Source: an uncultured Pseudohongiella sp.
GTDB lineage: Bacteria > Pseudomonadota > Gammaproteobacteria > Pseudomonadales > Pseudohongiellaceae
Length of the DNA stretch: 64,000 bases
Direction of reading: 5' to 3'
Assembly (NCBI GenBank): GCA_964343795.1
Contig: CAYFKD010000003.1
Span: 260,669-324,668, forward strand
Made by a program: the position numbers and the translations under genes. The notes below the pieces were generated by a model. The model was not told where the DNA came from. It ran no database searches and saw nothing but the letters and a program-made list of their open reading frames with translations. Positions 42,896-52,467 of the stretch are shown piece by piece. How positions within the stretch are numbered: position 1 is the first letter of the stretch; every line of letters begins with the position of its first letter.

Positions 42896-43525
42896 ATGAA
42901 TAATTCTCGTCTCATAACACTATATTTAATTTTCTCTCTCGTATCGGGTTGCGCGGTGATGAGCGAGGAAGAATGCAACTACTCTGACTGGACCGCGGTG
43001 GGCTATGAAGACGGTGCCGACGGCCGTGGCAGCGACCGTTTTGGTGACTACCGCCGCGCCTGTGCCGACTACGGTGTAACTCCGGACTTCGCCGCCTGGC
43101 AGGCGGGGCGGGAACGGGGCCTGGTGGAATACTGCCAGCCGTCCCGGGGCTTCGCGGTGGGCCAGGCCGGCGTCGGCTACAACGGCGTATGCAGCGCCGA
43201 ACTTGAACCGGCCTTCCTGGATGCCTACCGGCTGGGGGCCGAATTGTTCGGGTTGCGCCGCAACCTCAATGCCATAGTTACGGACTTCAGTTCCAACGCC
43301 CGCGCCATGGAACGAATAGATGCCGACATCGAAGAAATCGAATCCATTATCATCCTGGAAGAAACCACGGCCGAGGAACGGGCCGCGCTGCTGGCGGACA
43401 TGCGGGAGTTGTCCGAGCTAAGAGGCGAGCTTGAAGTCGAGGCGGAGCTGCTGATCGAGGCACGCACACTGGCCGAGCTCGAGCTCGCCGAGTTCGAGGA
43501 ATCCCTGCTGCAGTACGGTTTCTAG
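42896..43525 (+). CDS. DUF2799-like lipoprotein
   Basis: Lipobox LVSGC, then the motif CNYSDWTAVGYEDGADG, repeated Cys pairs and a C-terminal coiled coil. Confidence 0.65.
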   Translation: MNNSRLITLYLIFSLVSGCAVMSEEECNYSDWTAVGYEDGADGRGSDRFGDYRRACADYGVTPDFAAWQAGRERGLVEYCQPSRGFAVGQAGVGYNGVCSAELEPAFLDAYRLGAELFGLRRNLNAIVTDFSSNARAMERIDADIEEIESIIILEETTAEERAALLADMRELSELRGELEVEAELLIEARTLAELELAEFEESLLQYGF

Positions 43526-43920
43526 CCGGTCTTACCCGAGGCTTTCAGCGCTGCCTTCACGGCATTTTCCAGGTCGCGCATGCTAAACGGTTTCGGCAGC
43601 ACGTCATTGGCGCCCAGTGCCAGGGCCTCTGCTTTACCCTGAACAAATCCACTGACAAAGATTACCGGTACCCCAGGTGAGAGACCGCGGATCTCTTCCA
43701 GTATATGGATGCCATTGATATCGGGCATCGCCACGTCCAACAGAACGAGGTCGATGCTATTGGGTGCATCGCGGAAAGCCTGAAGGCCGGAAGTGCCATC
43801 GTGACGCTCAATGACCGTGTGACCCAGGTCTTCAATCGCCAGCCTGATAAACTCCGCCATCTCCAGGTTGTCATCTATTACCAGGATAGAGGCTGATTTC
43901 GATTCCTGCGTCTGTTCCAT
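43522..43920 (-). CDS. Single-domain response regulator (CheY-like)
   Basis: I take the start at MEQTQESK (43920). Canonical receiver residues are present: VIDD, LVLLDVAMPDING, VSGF and PKPF. Confidence 0.85.
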   Translation of the reverse strand: MEQTQESKSASILVIDDNLEMAEFIRLAIEDLGHTVIERHDGTSGLQAFRDAPNSIDLVLLDVAMPDINGIHILEEIRGLSPGVPVIFVSGFVQGKAEALALGANDVLPKPFSMRDLENAVKAALKASGKTG

Positions 43921-44127
43921 AAGCTCGCGAGACTGCTGCTGCCTTGCAGGTTTTCTGCCTGAAGATCGGTTACGGAGTTGGCTGGCAATGTAACTCGATA
44001 GCCCAGGCTGAAATATCAGAACATTCTTACAAAACAGACACTTTTCCGAATTAAATGCCAACAAAAAGGGCAGGCTCATCGCCTGCCCTTTTTCATTCAG
44101 CCAAAGGCCGATTGCAAAGCCGGAAAG

Positions 44128-44820
44128 TCATCCCGCGTAAAGCAGGCTGTAGCCGTATTCCTGGGCCCGGGTCAGGGCCATGACACCGGCGGAGACGAAG
44201 CGGCCGGGTACGGCATTGGCCTTGAGTTCCTCGTACACGGTTGCGACGTCCTGGCCGGTAGCCGGTGCGATCTGGGTGGACAGGAACTGGGTGGCGGCAT
44301 CACAGATGGCGATTTCCACGCCGAGCCCACGCACTGCGTCAATGGTATTGCCGAAGTTGGGCAATCCGAAACCGTAAGCCGTTGATTGCATCAGGTTGAA
44401 TCCGGGGGCGGCACCGGTATTGGGGTCAGGAATCTGGGTCACGCTATGGAAGATCTCGCCGTACTTCCCCCACATGGCATCGTTGAACGCAAAGGGAGTG
44501 GAGAAATGACGCAGGCAGAGAATCATGGCCAGGCCGGCGTCTTCCCCGGCATAGGCACTGATGGTGGCGTTGGTCAGATTACGGGAATATAGCAGGCCTT
44601 CTGCTCCACCTTTTCCCGTGGCGGTATCGATAAAGATGCGGTGATTTCCGGGCAGCGCGTCCATCCATGCATCGGTGCTGTGGCGTGAGGGTTGAAATCC
44701 GGAACTCCCGGCCTGGGCCCTGGCGGTGTTTGGTGCGATAACGGTAGCGCCGGCCATTGTTGCTGCCAGCCCCATGAGCATGGCGCGACGGGAATTGGTT
44801 TCAGGATTCTGGTCTAGCAT
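44128..44820 (-). CDS. Tat-exported DsrE/DsrF-like protein
   Basis: Twin-arginine signal (SRRAMLMGLAA). The C-terminal pattern VEIAICDAA ... FVSAGVMALTRAQEYGY resembles the DsrE-like fold. Confidence 0.45.
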   Translation of the reverse strand: MLDQNPETNSRRAMLMGLAATMAGATVIAPNTARAQAGSSGFQPSRHSTDAWMDALPGNHRIFIDTATGKGGAEGLLYSRNLTNATISAYAGEDAGLAMILCLRHFSTPFAFNDAMWGKYGEIFHSVTQIPDPNTGAAPGFNLMQSTAYGFGLPNFGNTIDAVRGLGVEIAICDAATQFLSTQIAPATGQDVATVYEELKANAVPGRFVSAGVMALTRAQEYGYSLLYAG

Positions 44821-44920
44821 GGTAATCATCCTCTCATCTATTGCGGACGCATCCGCTGAATTATTTTTATCAAAATGCTGATGGGCTCGAAGTACAGCAC
44901 GGAAGCCGGTGGAGTCCAAA

Positions 44921-45256
44921 CTATTTTTTCCGGCCGCCTTCGTTTTTCAGGTCCGAAAGATACTTGTCCAGTGAATCAAATTTCCTGTTCCACAATTTTT
45001 TCACTTCCAGTATCCAGCTACTCACTTCATTCATGCCATTCTGGTCAATGCTGTACAGGCGTTTCTGCGCCTGCTTTTTCATCTGCACGAGCCGGGCTTC
45101 CCGTAAAATCTTCAGGTGCTGGGAAACGGCTGGTGCGCTAATGGAAAACTTGTTGGCGATTTCGGTGGCGGTAATCTCGCCACGGCGGGCGATGATGCGA
45201 ACGATTTCGCGGCGAGTGGGATCGGAAAGGGCGGCGAAGGCATCCATGCCGGCCAT
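44921..45256 (-). CDS. ArsR/SmtB family transcriptional regulator
   Basis: 111 aa with LSDPTRREIV and SAPAVSQHLKILREARLV. Confidence 0.85.
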   Translation of the reverse strand: MAGMDAFAALSDPTRREIVRIIARRGEITATEIANKFSISAPAVSQHLKILREARLVQMKKQAQKRLYSIDQNGMNEVSSWILEVKKLWNRKFDSLDKYLSDLKNEGGRKK

Positions 45257-45270
45257 TGTATTAGGGGAAT

Positions 45271-45297
45271 CTTAATTAAGATACAACTTAATTAATT
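45271..45297. promoter_or_regulatory. Palindromic operator AATTAAG-N6-CTTAATT, copy A (upstream of the ArsR-family gene)
   Basis: CTTAATTAAGATACAACTTAATTAATT matches the site at 56838-56861 at 22 of 24 positions. Confidence 0.55.
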
Positions 45298-45346
45298 TTC
45301 TGTGGAGATTGTGTATGCCTGGTCAGAGATTGACCAGGAGCAGGGT

Positions 45347-45781
45347 CTAAGCCTGGCGCTCGAGAGTAAAGTGATGCAGCACCATACCGGCAACCATGGC
45401 GGCAACGAATAACAGGACATTGCTGTTCAGGGTGACCAGGGCCACCACGGCGGGACCGGGACAGAAACCGGCTATGCCCCAACCCAATCCGAACAGCACG
45501 GCACCGAGTAACAATTTCTTGTCGATGTCCATGCGGGTGGGCAGGAAAAATTTTTCTTCGAACAGCGGCTGAGGCTTACGCAATACCAGGTGAAAGGCCG
45601 GTACCGTGACGGCCAGTCCGGAGGCCATAACTGCGATGAGGGTCGGATCCCAGTTGCCGGCAATGTCGAGAAAGCCAATCACCTTGCCCGGGTTGGACAT
45701 GCCTGAAATAACCAGGCCCAGGCCGAACAACACGCCCGCTGCAAGAATGGAAAACCTGGATGCGAAAGTCGTGGCGGTCAT
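45347..45781 (-). CDS. YeeE/YedE-family (DUF395-type) sulfur-compound transport protein, second half-size subunit
   Basis: I take the start at MTATTF. ATGA overlap with the upstream gene; 4-TM protein with the GFCPG motif. Confidence 0.7.
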   Translation of the reverse strand: MTATTFASRFSILAAGVLFGLGLVISGMSNPGKVIGFLDIAGNWDPTLIAVMASGLAVTVPAFHLVLRKPQPLFEEKFFLPTRMDIDKKLLLGAVLFGLGWGIAGFCPGPAVVALVTLNSNVLLFVAAMVAGMVLHHFTLERQA

Positions 45782-46209
45782 GAGATCAGGCCCAGCACGT
45801 GGCGCGTCAGGAACACCGTGATTACCGCGGCGCCGATGAACGTGGCGGTCGCGGAGAACGAGCGTTTGGAAAATCGAGCGATACCGCAGATGCCATGACC
45901 ACTGGTACAACCGCTGCCGAGGCGCGTACCGAAACCTACCAGCAGCCCGGCAACAATTGTGAGCAGGGGCCCGGCCTGGATATCGAGGGCCAGGGATTCA
46001 CCGGTAACCAGGATGTAGAGCAGGGGACCCAGCAGCATGCCGCCGAGGAAAAGGGCGCGCCAGGTGAAATCCGTACGGCTGGGAAAAACTACGCCGGAAA
46101 GTATTCCGCTGATTCCGGCTATTCGACCGTTGGCCCACAGGGTCAGGGTGGCTGCCAGCCCGATGAGCACGCCGCCTATGATGCCGGTAAGAGGTGTGAA
46201 ATTTTCCAT
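45778..46209 (-). CDS. YeeE/YedE-family sulfur-compound transport protein, first half-size subunit
   Basis: 143 aa with the GSGCTSGHGICG motif. Confidence 0.75.
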   Translation of the reverse strand: MENFTPLTGIIGGVLIGLAATLTLWANGRIAGISGILSGVVFPSRTDFTWRALFLGGMLLGPLLYILVTGESLALDIQAGPLLTIVAGLLVGFGTRLGSGCTSGHGICGIARFSKRSFSATATFIGAAVITVFLTRHVLGLIS

Positions 46210-46246
46210 GGCGGTATTGTAACCGGGCAGATTGTTTCGGCCTCAT

Positions 46247-46402
46247 TTTTTGTGACCTTTGTGCCTTTTTGTGGCCATCAAAGTAATGCTGAAGGTCGCC
46301 ACAATAAAGGTAAAAAGCAGCTAGCTAGTGGGAAATAATCCCTGTGGTGGCCATCGTAAGCCGTCGGGGATTGGCCACAAAAAGGCACAAAGGTCACTAA
46401 AA
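46247..46402. repeat. CACAAA-rich palindromic intergenic element, copy 2
   Basis: Arms TTTTGTGACCTTTGTGCCTTTTTGTGGCC (46247-46276) and GGCCACAAAAAGGCACAAAGGTCACTAAAA (46373-46402), with one mismatch between them. Confidence 0.85.
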
Positions 46403-46504
46403 CTTAAACTGCAACACTACGGAATTTTCCACTGATGTCGTAGAAGCTCGCAAAGCAAGCTAAAATGCCGGGCCTGATCGCAGTGAATTCAGGCAGGCAA
46501 GTGC

Positions 46505-47215
46505 GTGTATACGAAAAAACTTTTGGTAATCATGACATTAATTACGCTGAGCGGAGCTGTCTTCGGCCAGGGCCAGCCCGATCCGGCGGCCATCCAGGCA
46601 TACCTGGAGCAGCAGAGCCGCAGCAGCCCCTATGAATCCATGGCCCGCATGCAGGTGGACATCCAGTACCGGGATTTCCTGGATTCCCTCGGTGGCAGTG
46701 ATGCCCATCGCGCCGAAGCGGAACAGGCGCTGATCGAGGTCATGTCTGAGCGGGCGGAAATGAGCTCCCGCGCTGTCAGTGGCCAGGCTACTCCCGAACA
46801 ACTGCGAGAGATCACGAGCTATGACTACCTGCGTAACCATATGTCATCTGTGCTGAATTCCACGGAACTGCAATTGCTGGACAGCCGCCAGGAGGGTATG
46901 GCTGAAGAACAGCTTCGTAAGAACTACGCCGAACAGATGCGCCAGATCGTTCCCGACGTGACGGAAGAGAACAAGGAGGTAGTACTGAATGTGCTGGTGG
47001 ACCACATGCTGCTGGACGAACTGGATGCCGCCCAGCGCGGTCGCATGACGGCGGAGGAGCTGGTGCAACAACAACTGTTATCCCTGATGGACGCGCGCAT
47101 GGAATTGCAGGACAGGTTCCAGGGCGAACAGATGGAGATGGTGAACTATTTCCTCAACGACCTGCGCGCCAACCTGTTCCTGAACCAGTCCATGGCGGAA
47201 GGGCTGGAGCAGTAA
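46505..47215 (+). CDS. Hypothetical secreted helical protein
   Basis: 236-aa ORF with a GTG start, a signal peptide and a Q/E/L-rich sequence. Confidence 0.55.
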   Translation: MYTKKLLVIMTLITLSGAVFGQGQPDPAAIQAYLEQQSRSSPYESMARMQVDIQYRDFLDSLGGSDAHRAEAEQALIEVMSERAEMSSRAVSGQATPEQLREITSYDYLRNHMSSVLNSTELQLLDSRQEGMAEEQLRKNYAEQMRQIVPDVTEENKEVVLNVLVDHMLLDELDAAQRGRMTAEELVQQQLLSLMDARMELQDRFQGEQMEMVNYFLNDLRANLFLNQSMAEGLEQ

Positions 47216-47216
47216 T

Positions 47217-49028
47217 TTACCAGCCCACTGCCGCCCCATCTTTGCGGTGATCAGAGCCGCCCCGGTAAACCCCGTTTACCGGCCGGTCCTCGGCAATACT
47301 TTCCGGGCCAAATACCGGTTCCGGTAAGCCCGGATCTTTCGTAAACAGTATTCCCTGGTAACCACCTACCCGGCCACCGTTGGCCGGCCGCACCTCGTGA
47401 CCGCGGGCCATCAGGGCACCACTTACCAGTTGATACAGGCTGTTCTCCAGGGACAGGATGTTGCTGTTCTGGCTGTGAGTGAATCGCGCCGCGTCCGTGG
47501 TCATCTGTACATTCATGCCGTGGTCGATCATGTTTACCACGTGCTGGGCATGGGTTTCGGGTTGCACCGAGCCGCCCATGTTGCCGAAGGTCATCAGGGG
47601 TTCGCCGTCTTTCATGATGAAGCCGGCGATGATGGAATGAAACGGTCGCTTGCGCGGCGCCACCACGTTGGGATGGTCTTCATCAAGGGAGAAGGCCACG
47701 CCGCGGTTATGCAGGACCATGCCATAGGGCGGCACGGTGGCTGCGCTGCCATAAACCGAAAACACGCTGTGGATAAACGAAACCATATTGCCCCATCGAT
47801 CGGCAGTGGTGAGGTAAATCGTACCGCCGTCCAGACCGCCCTTGACCGATGGCTCACTGGCCTGGTCCATGTCGATGCGATCGCACAGCGTCGCAGCGTA
47901 TGCCTTGTCTAACAACTGGTCTACGGGTACATCACTGAACTTGGGGTCGGCGTTGTAAGCCTGCAGATCGGAATAGGCCAGTTTTTTCGCTTCCACCATG
48001 AAATGCCAGTAGTCTGCGTTGGACGGACCCAGCTCGGCCAGGTTCAGGCCATGGTGTGGCGCACACACTTCCAGGATGTTGAGCATCTCCAGTGCGGCGA
48101 AGCCCTGGCCCGGTGGCGGCAACTGGAAAACATCATAACCGTGGTAATTGGTGGAGATGGGCTCGATCCATTCCGATTCAAATTCGGCCAGGTCGGCATG
48201 GGTCATAACGCCGCCGTCGGCCTGTACCTTGGCCACGATGGCATCGGCGATTGCGCCCTCGTAGAAGGCATCCCGACCTTCCGCCTGCAGCAGGCGCAGG
48301 GCATCGGCCAGGCCGGGGTTACGGATCACGCTGTAAAGCGGCGGCACTTCACCATCGTCCAGGAATACCGCTGCCGAGTCCGGATCGTTAGCGAGGCGAT
48401 TGCGGGCGCCTACCAAGTCCCGGTGCCGGCGTTCCGCCTGACCCCAACCTTCTTCCGCCAGTTGCGCGGCGCGATCCAGGGTTTGGTCGAATCCCATGGT
48501 GCCAAATCGTTTAAGCAGGGCATCGAATCCGGAAACGGCACCGGGCACGGTGGCGGCATTGACCCCGGAACCAGGGACGCGTTCCACACCCAATTCTTCC
48601 TTGAAAAACTCCGGGGTCCAGCCCGCCGGTGCCCAGCCGGCGGAATTCAGGGCATAGAGTTTCTTGTCCCGCGCACTATAAACCAGGGCAAACAGGTCAC
48701 CAGCCAGGCCGGTATCGTTCTGGGAGGTCACATCCAGCACCGCCGCCGCTGCAACAGCGGCATCGATGGCATTGCCGCCATTGCGCAGGATTTCCAGACC
48801 GGCCTCCGCGGCCAGTGGGTCCGACGTGGCTACCATGCCATGACGAGCCAGCACCTCACTGCGGCCCTGGCCCAGCCAGCCCTGGGCCCGGTCACCCGGG
48901 GCTGCCACCACATTGGCGGCGGGATTGCTGATGCCGTCTCCAGGAATGCCGAATGGGGTGTCCGATTGAGCCCAGAGAGGGGCTGACAAGCTCAGCGAGA
49001 TGGTGCCAAGCAGGGCTGAAATGCGCAT
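47217..49028 (-). CDS. ggt: Gamma-glutamyltransferase
   Basis: 603 aa with a signal peptide and the conserved autoprocessing region TIYLTTAD. Confidence 0.88.
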   Translation of the reverse strand: MRISALLGTISLSLSAPLWAQSDTPFGIPGDGISNPAANVVAAPGDRAQGWLGQGRSEVLARHGMVATSDPLAAEAGLEILRNGGNAIDAAVAAAAVLDVTSQNDTGLAGDLFALVYSARDKKLYALNSAGWAPAGWTPEFFKEELGVERVPGSGVNAATVPGAVSGFDALLKRFGTMGFDQTLDRAAQLAEEGWGQAERRHRDLVGARNRLANDPDSAAVFLDDGEVPPLYSVIRNPGLADALRLLQAEGRDAFYEGAIADAIVAKVQADGGVMTHADLAEFESEWIEPISTNYHGYDVFQLPPPGQGFAALEMLNILEVCAPHHGLNLAELGPSNADYWHFMVEAKKLAYSDLQAYNADPKFSDVPVDQLLDKAYAATLCDRIDMDQASEPSVKGGLDGGTIYLTTADRWGNMVSFIHSVFSVYGSAATVPPYGMVLHNRGVAFSLDEDHPNVVAPRKRPFHSIIAGFIMKDGEPLMTFGNMGGSVQPETHAQHVVNMIDHGMNVQMTTDAARFTHSQNSNILSLENSLYQLVSGALMARGHEVRPANGGRVGGYQGILFTKDPGLPEPVFGPESIAEDRPVNGVYRGGSDHRKDGAAVGW

Positions 49029-49330
49029 GGTATTTCCTCGTACTTTTTATTTTCTACAAGCGGGTCAGAATAAAAGGAAAGCCCAAAATAAACCAAGCTT
49101 TTTTGTCGGAAATCAACAATACCGCGATAAACCGCAGACCGCTGGGATTCGGCCGCGATGGGTTGTAAACTATCTGGCGATAGCTACTCAATTTGTTTGG
49201 CAGCCGGGAGTAACCACCCATACCTGGATTTTCTGCATAAGCAGCATCAAGCAGACCGTAGTTAGGTAGCCGTATTGGGCGCAGTTGCTCCCGTACTGCA
49301 AACTGTGAATTCACAGGAGGCGGTATCGAT

Positions 49331-50140
49331 ATGGTTGAATTGACTCACCACAACGATGATCAATTGTTTGAGGACATCTGTCTTCAGGCGGATGACATCC
49401 AGACCCGAACCATAAAACTGGATGACCTGTGGCAGTCCCTCAGGGAAGGGTACGCAGACTACGGCATCAAGTCCGGCAGCATTCCTCTTGCCATAATCTT
49501 CTATTTCATCGCGGCATTGCTCTTTGTGTTGTTCTTCTCGGGGCAGCCGCTGCGTTACCTGGCATTCCCCATGGTGGCGGGCTTCAACCTGATCGGCCCG
49601 ATCGTAGCCACGGGTTTCTTTGAAATGAGCCGGCGCAAGCAGCAGGGATTACCCCATGGCTGGCGGCACTGCTTCGGATTTATTCATACCTATTCCTTTG
49701 CCCCGGTTCTGGCCCTGTCCGTGGTGATGATGCTGTTGTACGTGCTGTGGGTGTACATGGCCGAGCTGATTTTCTTTGGCACATTTGGTGAGACCAACCC
49801 GGAATCCTTTTCGGCATTCTTCAGCGAATTATTTTCCACCCGTCACGGTGGTGCGCTGATCGCCTATGGCAATTTCGTCGGCTTCCTGTTTGCTTCTTCG
49901 GCGCTGGCGCTCTCCGTCGTCGCCTTTCCCCTGGCACTGGACAAGCCGGTCACTTCATTTACCGCCGTCAAGGTGTCGATCCGCGCTGTGTGGACTAACA
50001 CATTTGTGATGGCCGTATGGGGACTGGTGGTGGTGGCACTGGTGGCCATCGGCTTCGCGTTTTTCCTGATTGGGTTGGCGGTTACCCTGCCCATACTGGG
50101 CCATTCCACCTGGCACCTGTATAAAAAGATCGTAGTTTAA
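49331..50140 (+). CDS. DUF2189-like integral membrane protein
   Basis: 269 aa with a soluble N-terminus (LWQSLREGYADY) followed by multiple TM segments. Confidence 0.6.
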   Translation: MVELTHHNDDQLFEDICLQADDIQTRTIKLDDLWQSLREGYADYGIKSGSIPLAIIFYFIAALLFVLFFSGQPLRYLAFPMVAGFNLIGPIVATGFFEMSRRKQQGLPHGWRHCFGFIHTYSFAPVLALSVVMMLLYVLWVYMAELIFFGTFGETNPESFSAFFSELFSTRHGGALIAYGNFVGFLFASSALALSVVAFPLALDKPVTSFTAVKVSIRAVWTNTFVMAVWGLVVVALVAIGFAFFLIGLAVTLPILGHSTWHLYKKIVV

Positions 50141-50154
50141 AAAAGCAGTGCAGG

Positions 50155-50181
50155 AAAAAGGGAGCCGCGGCTCCCTTTTTT
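50155..50181. terminator. Bidirectional rho-independent terminator
   Basis: AAAAA-GGGAGCCGCGGCTCCC-TTTTTT. Confidence 0.8.
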
Positions 50182-50188
50182 GTGTTTG

Positions 50189-50626
50189 CTAGTTTGCGAA
50201 TAATTTCCGTTGCCACCACAGTGAAACGGCCAGCGCAACGAAAAGAGCTGCTGCAATCACTCCTGCAATCAAGCCGCTGTCAGGATCCAGGGCCGCCCAC
50301 AGCAACATGCTGAAAGCGATCTGCAGAACGTAAATAATTGCCCAGGGGTGCAACCACTTCTTCATGAACAGGAAGCCGTAGAACCCGAAGCCATACACCA
50401 GCCAGTGCAGCACGGCGCCAAGCTTGGCCGACCAGCCGGTGAACATCAGTCCCAGCCACACCTCCTGGTCCACCGCCAGGGGCTTGAAAAAAAGATCCCA
50501 GGGAACATAGATAAAGGTCATGTACCCGCAGAACAGCAGGATGCCGTTCATCCAGTGAGGACGTGACTGCAGGTTGGCCTTCAACCAGGCAAAGGCATCC
50601 ATGGCCGGTTTAGTCCGGTAAGGCAA
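50189..50626 (-). CDS. Hypothetical membrane protein
   Basis: 145-aa, 4-TM ORF that overlaps the end of the PQQ-dehydrogenase gene by 17 nt. Confidence 0.55.
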   Translation of the reverse strand: MPYRTKPAMDAFAWLKANLQSRPHWMNGILLFCGYMTFIYVPWDLFFKPLAVDQEVWLGLMFTGWSAKLGAVLHWLVYGFGFYGFLFMKKWLHPWAIIYVLQIAFSMLLWAALDPDSGLIAGVIAAALFVALAVSLWWQRKLFAN

Positions 50627-52325
50627 ATACCCAGATCACGCCACCCTGGGGTACAAAGGTACGGGTACCGCGAATCTGGTCGACACGGGCGGTCATGCTC
50701 GCCGCATCAACGCCCCAGCCGGATTGCACGGCGATGTACTGCTTGCCATTCACCGAATAGGTTGAGGGCACGCCAATGATTCCGGAGTTGGTGCGGAAGC
50801 GCCACAATTCCTCACCGTTGCTGGCATCGTGAGCGCGGAAGAATCGGTCGGTAGTGCCGCCGCTGAAGATAAGATTGCCGGCGGTGGTCAGTATGCCGCC
50901 CCAGTTATGGGATTCGAATTCCTGGGTCCACACTTCTTCACCGCTGTTCATATCCCAGGCCTGGATCTCGCCGATGTGGTCGGTGCCTTCGCGTAACTGG
51001 AACTCGGTACGCACACCGGTGAAAGAACTGCCGGGCATGTAAACAACTTCTTCACGGCCTTCGATGACACCGCAATGGTTTTCATTGGCGGGGATGTACA
51101 CCAGCCCGGTGTCAGGATTGTAAGCGGCGGGTGGCCAGTCCTTGCCACCCCAAAGGGAAGGGCAGAAGTCCGTGGACGATCCGGTTACCGGTTTGTGAGC
51201 CGGGTCGTAAGTTGGCCGGCCGGTTTCCGGATCGATGCTGGCGAAAGCATTCTGGTAAACATAGGGCTCGGCGTCCACGAAGCCGATACGATCGGCCTGC
51301 CGTTCCAGGGTCCACAAGTAACCATTGCGACCGGCATGAACCAACGCGTCGAACTGGCGGCCGCTGCGTTCCACCGGCATCAGGATCGGGGTGGAAACCT
51401 CGTCCCAGTCCCAGGAACCGTTCCAGTGGTACTGGTGATGGGCGCGAATGGCGCCGCTGTCCACATCAAGCGCCAGCACGGAATTGGTATAGAGATTGTC
51501 ACCGGGGCGCTGGTCGCCTACCCAGGGTCCCGGATTGCCGGTGCCGAAGTAAGCCAGTCCCAGGTCGGCATCATAATGTCCAGGAACCCACACCGCTGCG
51601 CCGCCGGTACGCCAGGATTCACCGGGCCAGGTTTCATTGCCAGGCTCGCCCGGGCCGGGCACGGTGTAGGTGCGCCATTCTTCCGCCCCGGTCTCTGCAT
51701 TCAATGCCACCACGAAACCGCGTATGCCCAGCTCACCTCCCGAGGTGCCCACCATGATCTTGCCATCGATGGCCAGAGGCGCCAGGGTAATGTAATAGCC
51801 AAAACTGTTGTCTTGTACCGTCACATCCCAGATTTTTTCCCCGGTGCGGGCATCCAGGGCAACCACTCGCGCATCCAGCGTCGCGGTATAGACCTTGTCG
51901 CCGTACAGGGCAACACCGCGGTTGGTGCGGTGGAATGCAATGAGGCTCTGGGGCAGGTCATGCTGGTAACGCCATAACATCTCTCCGCTGGCCGCATCCA
52001 GTGCGTAGACCAGGTTGCCCGGCGTGGTGACGAACATGATGCCGTCGTTCACAATAGGAGGTGCCTCGTGGCCGCCGGTTACACCAGTGGAAAACGTCCA
52101 TACCGGTTCCAGTTCGGTGACATTGCCGTCCGTAACCTGGTCCAGGGTGCTGTAACCCCAGCCTTCCAGGTTGCCGCGGTAGGATAGCCAGTTGTGTGCC
52201 TCTGGATTAACCAGGCGATCATCTGTAACCGCGTTGTAACTGCTGATTGGCGCCTGTGCCACCACTGAAAATGATGCGACGGACAGCAACACGGCTGCGA
52301 CTAGGCTGAGTCTGGCGTGAATCAT
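50610..52325 (-). CDS. PQQ-dependent dehydrogenase (methanol/ethanol family beta-propeller)
   Basis: 571 aa with a signal peptide and the motifs WxYRGNLEGWGYS, GHEAPPIVNDGIMFVTT and repeated W-motif blades. Confidence 0.85.
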   Translation of the reverse strand: MIHARLSLVAAVLLSVASFSVVAQAPISSYNAVTDDRLVNPEAHNWLSYRGNLEGWGYSTLDQVTDGNVTELEPVWTFSTGVTGGHEAPPIVNDGIMFVTTPGNLVYALDAASGEMLWRYQHDLPQSLIAFHRTNRGVALYGDKVYTATLDARVVALDARTGEKIWDVTVQDNSFGYYITLAPLAIDGKIMVGTSGGELGIRGFVVALNAETGAEEWRTYTVPGPGEPGNETWPGESWRTGGAAVWVPGHYDADLGLAYFGTGNPGPWVGDQRPGDNLYTNSVLALDVDSGAIRAHHQYHWNGSWDWDEVSTPILMPVERSGRQFDALVHAGRNGYLWTLERQADRIGFVDAEPYVYQNAFASIDPETGRPTYDPAHKPVTGSSTDFCPSLWGGKDWPPAAYNPDTGLVYIPANENHCGVIEGREEVVYMPGSSFTGVRTEFQLREGTDHIGEIQAWDMNSGEEVWTQEFESHNWGGILTTAGNLIFSGGTTDRFFRAHDASNGEELWRFRTNSGIIGVPSTYSVNGKQYIAVQSGWGVDAASMTARVDQIRGTRTFVPQGGVIWVFALPD

Positions 52326-52467
52326 GGAACTTCCCCTGGTTTACTTCTTGTTGCGACAGAAGTTATTACCGGAACGGGTGATTGTCCAGCGCGCCAGTCC
52401 TGGTGAATTAGGCTACAATCCCGATGTTCCTGCCTTTTCCTCCAATAACAACAAACAGGAGGTGTGC

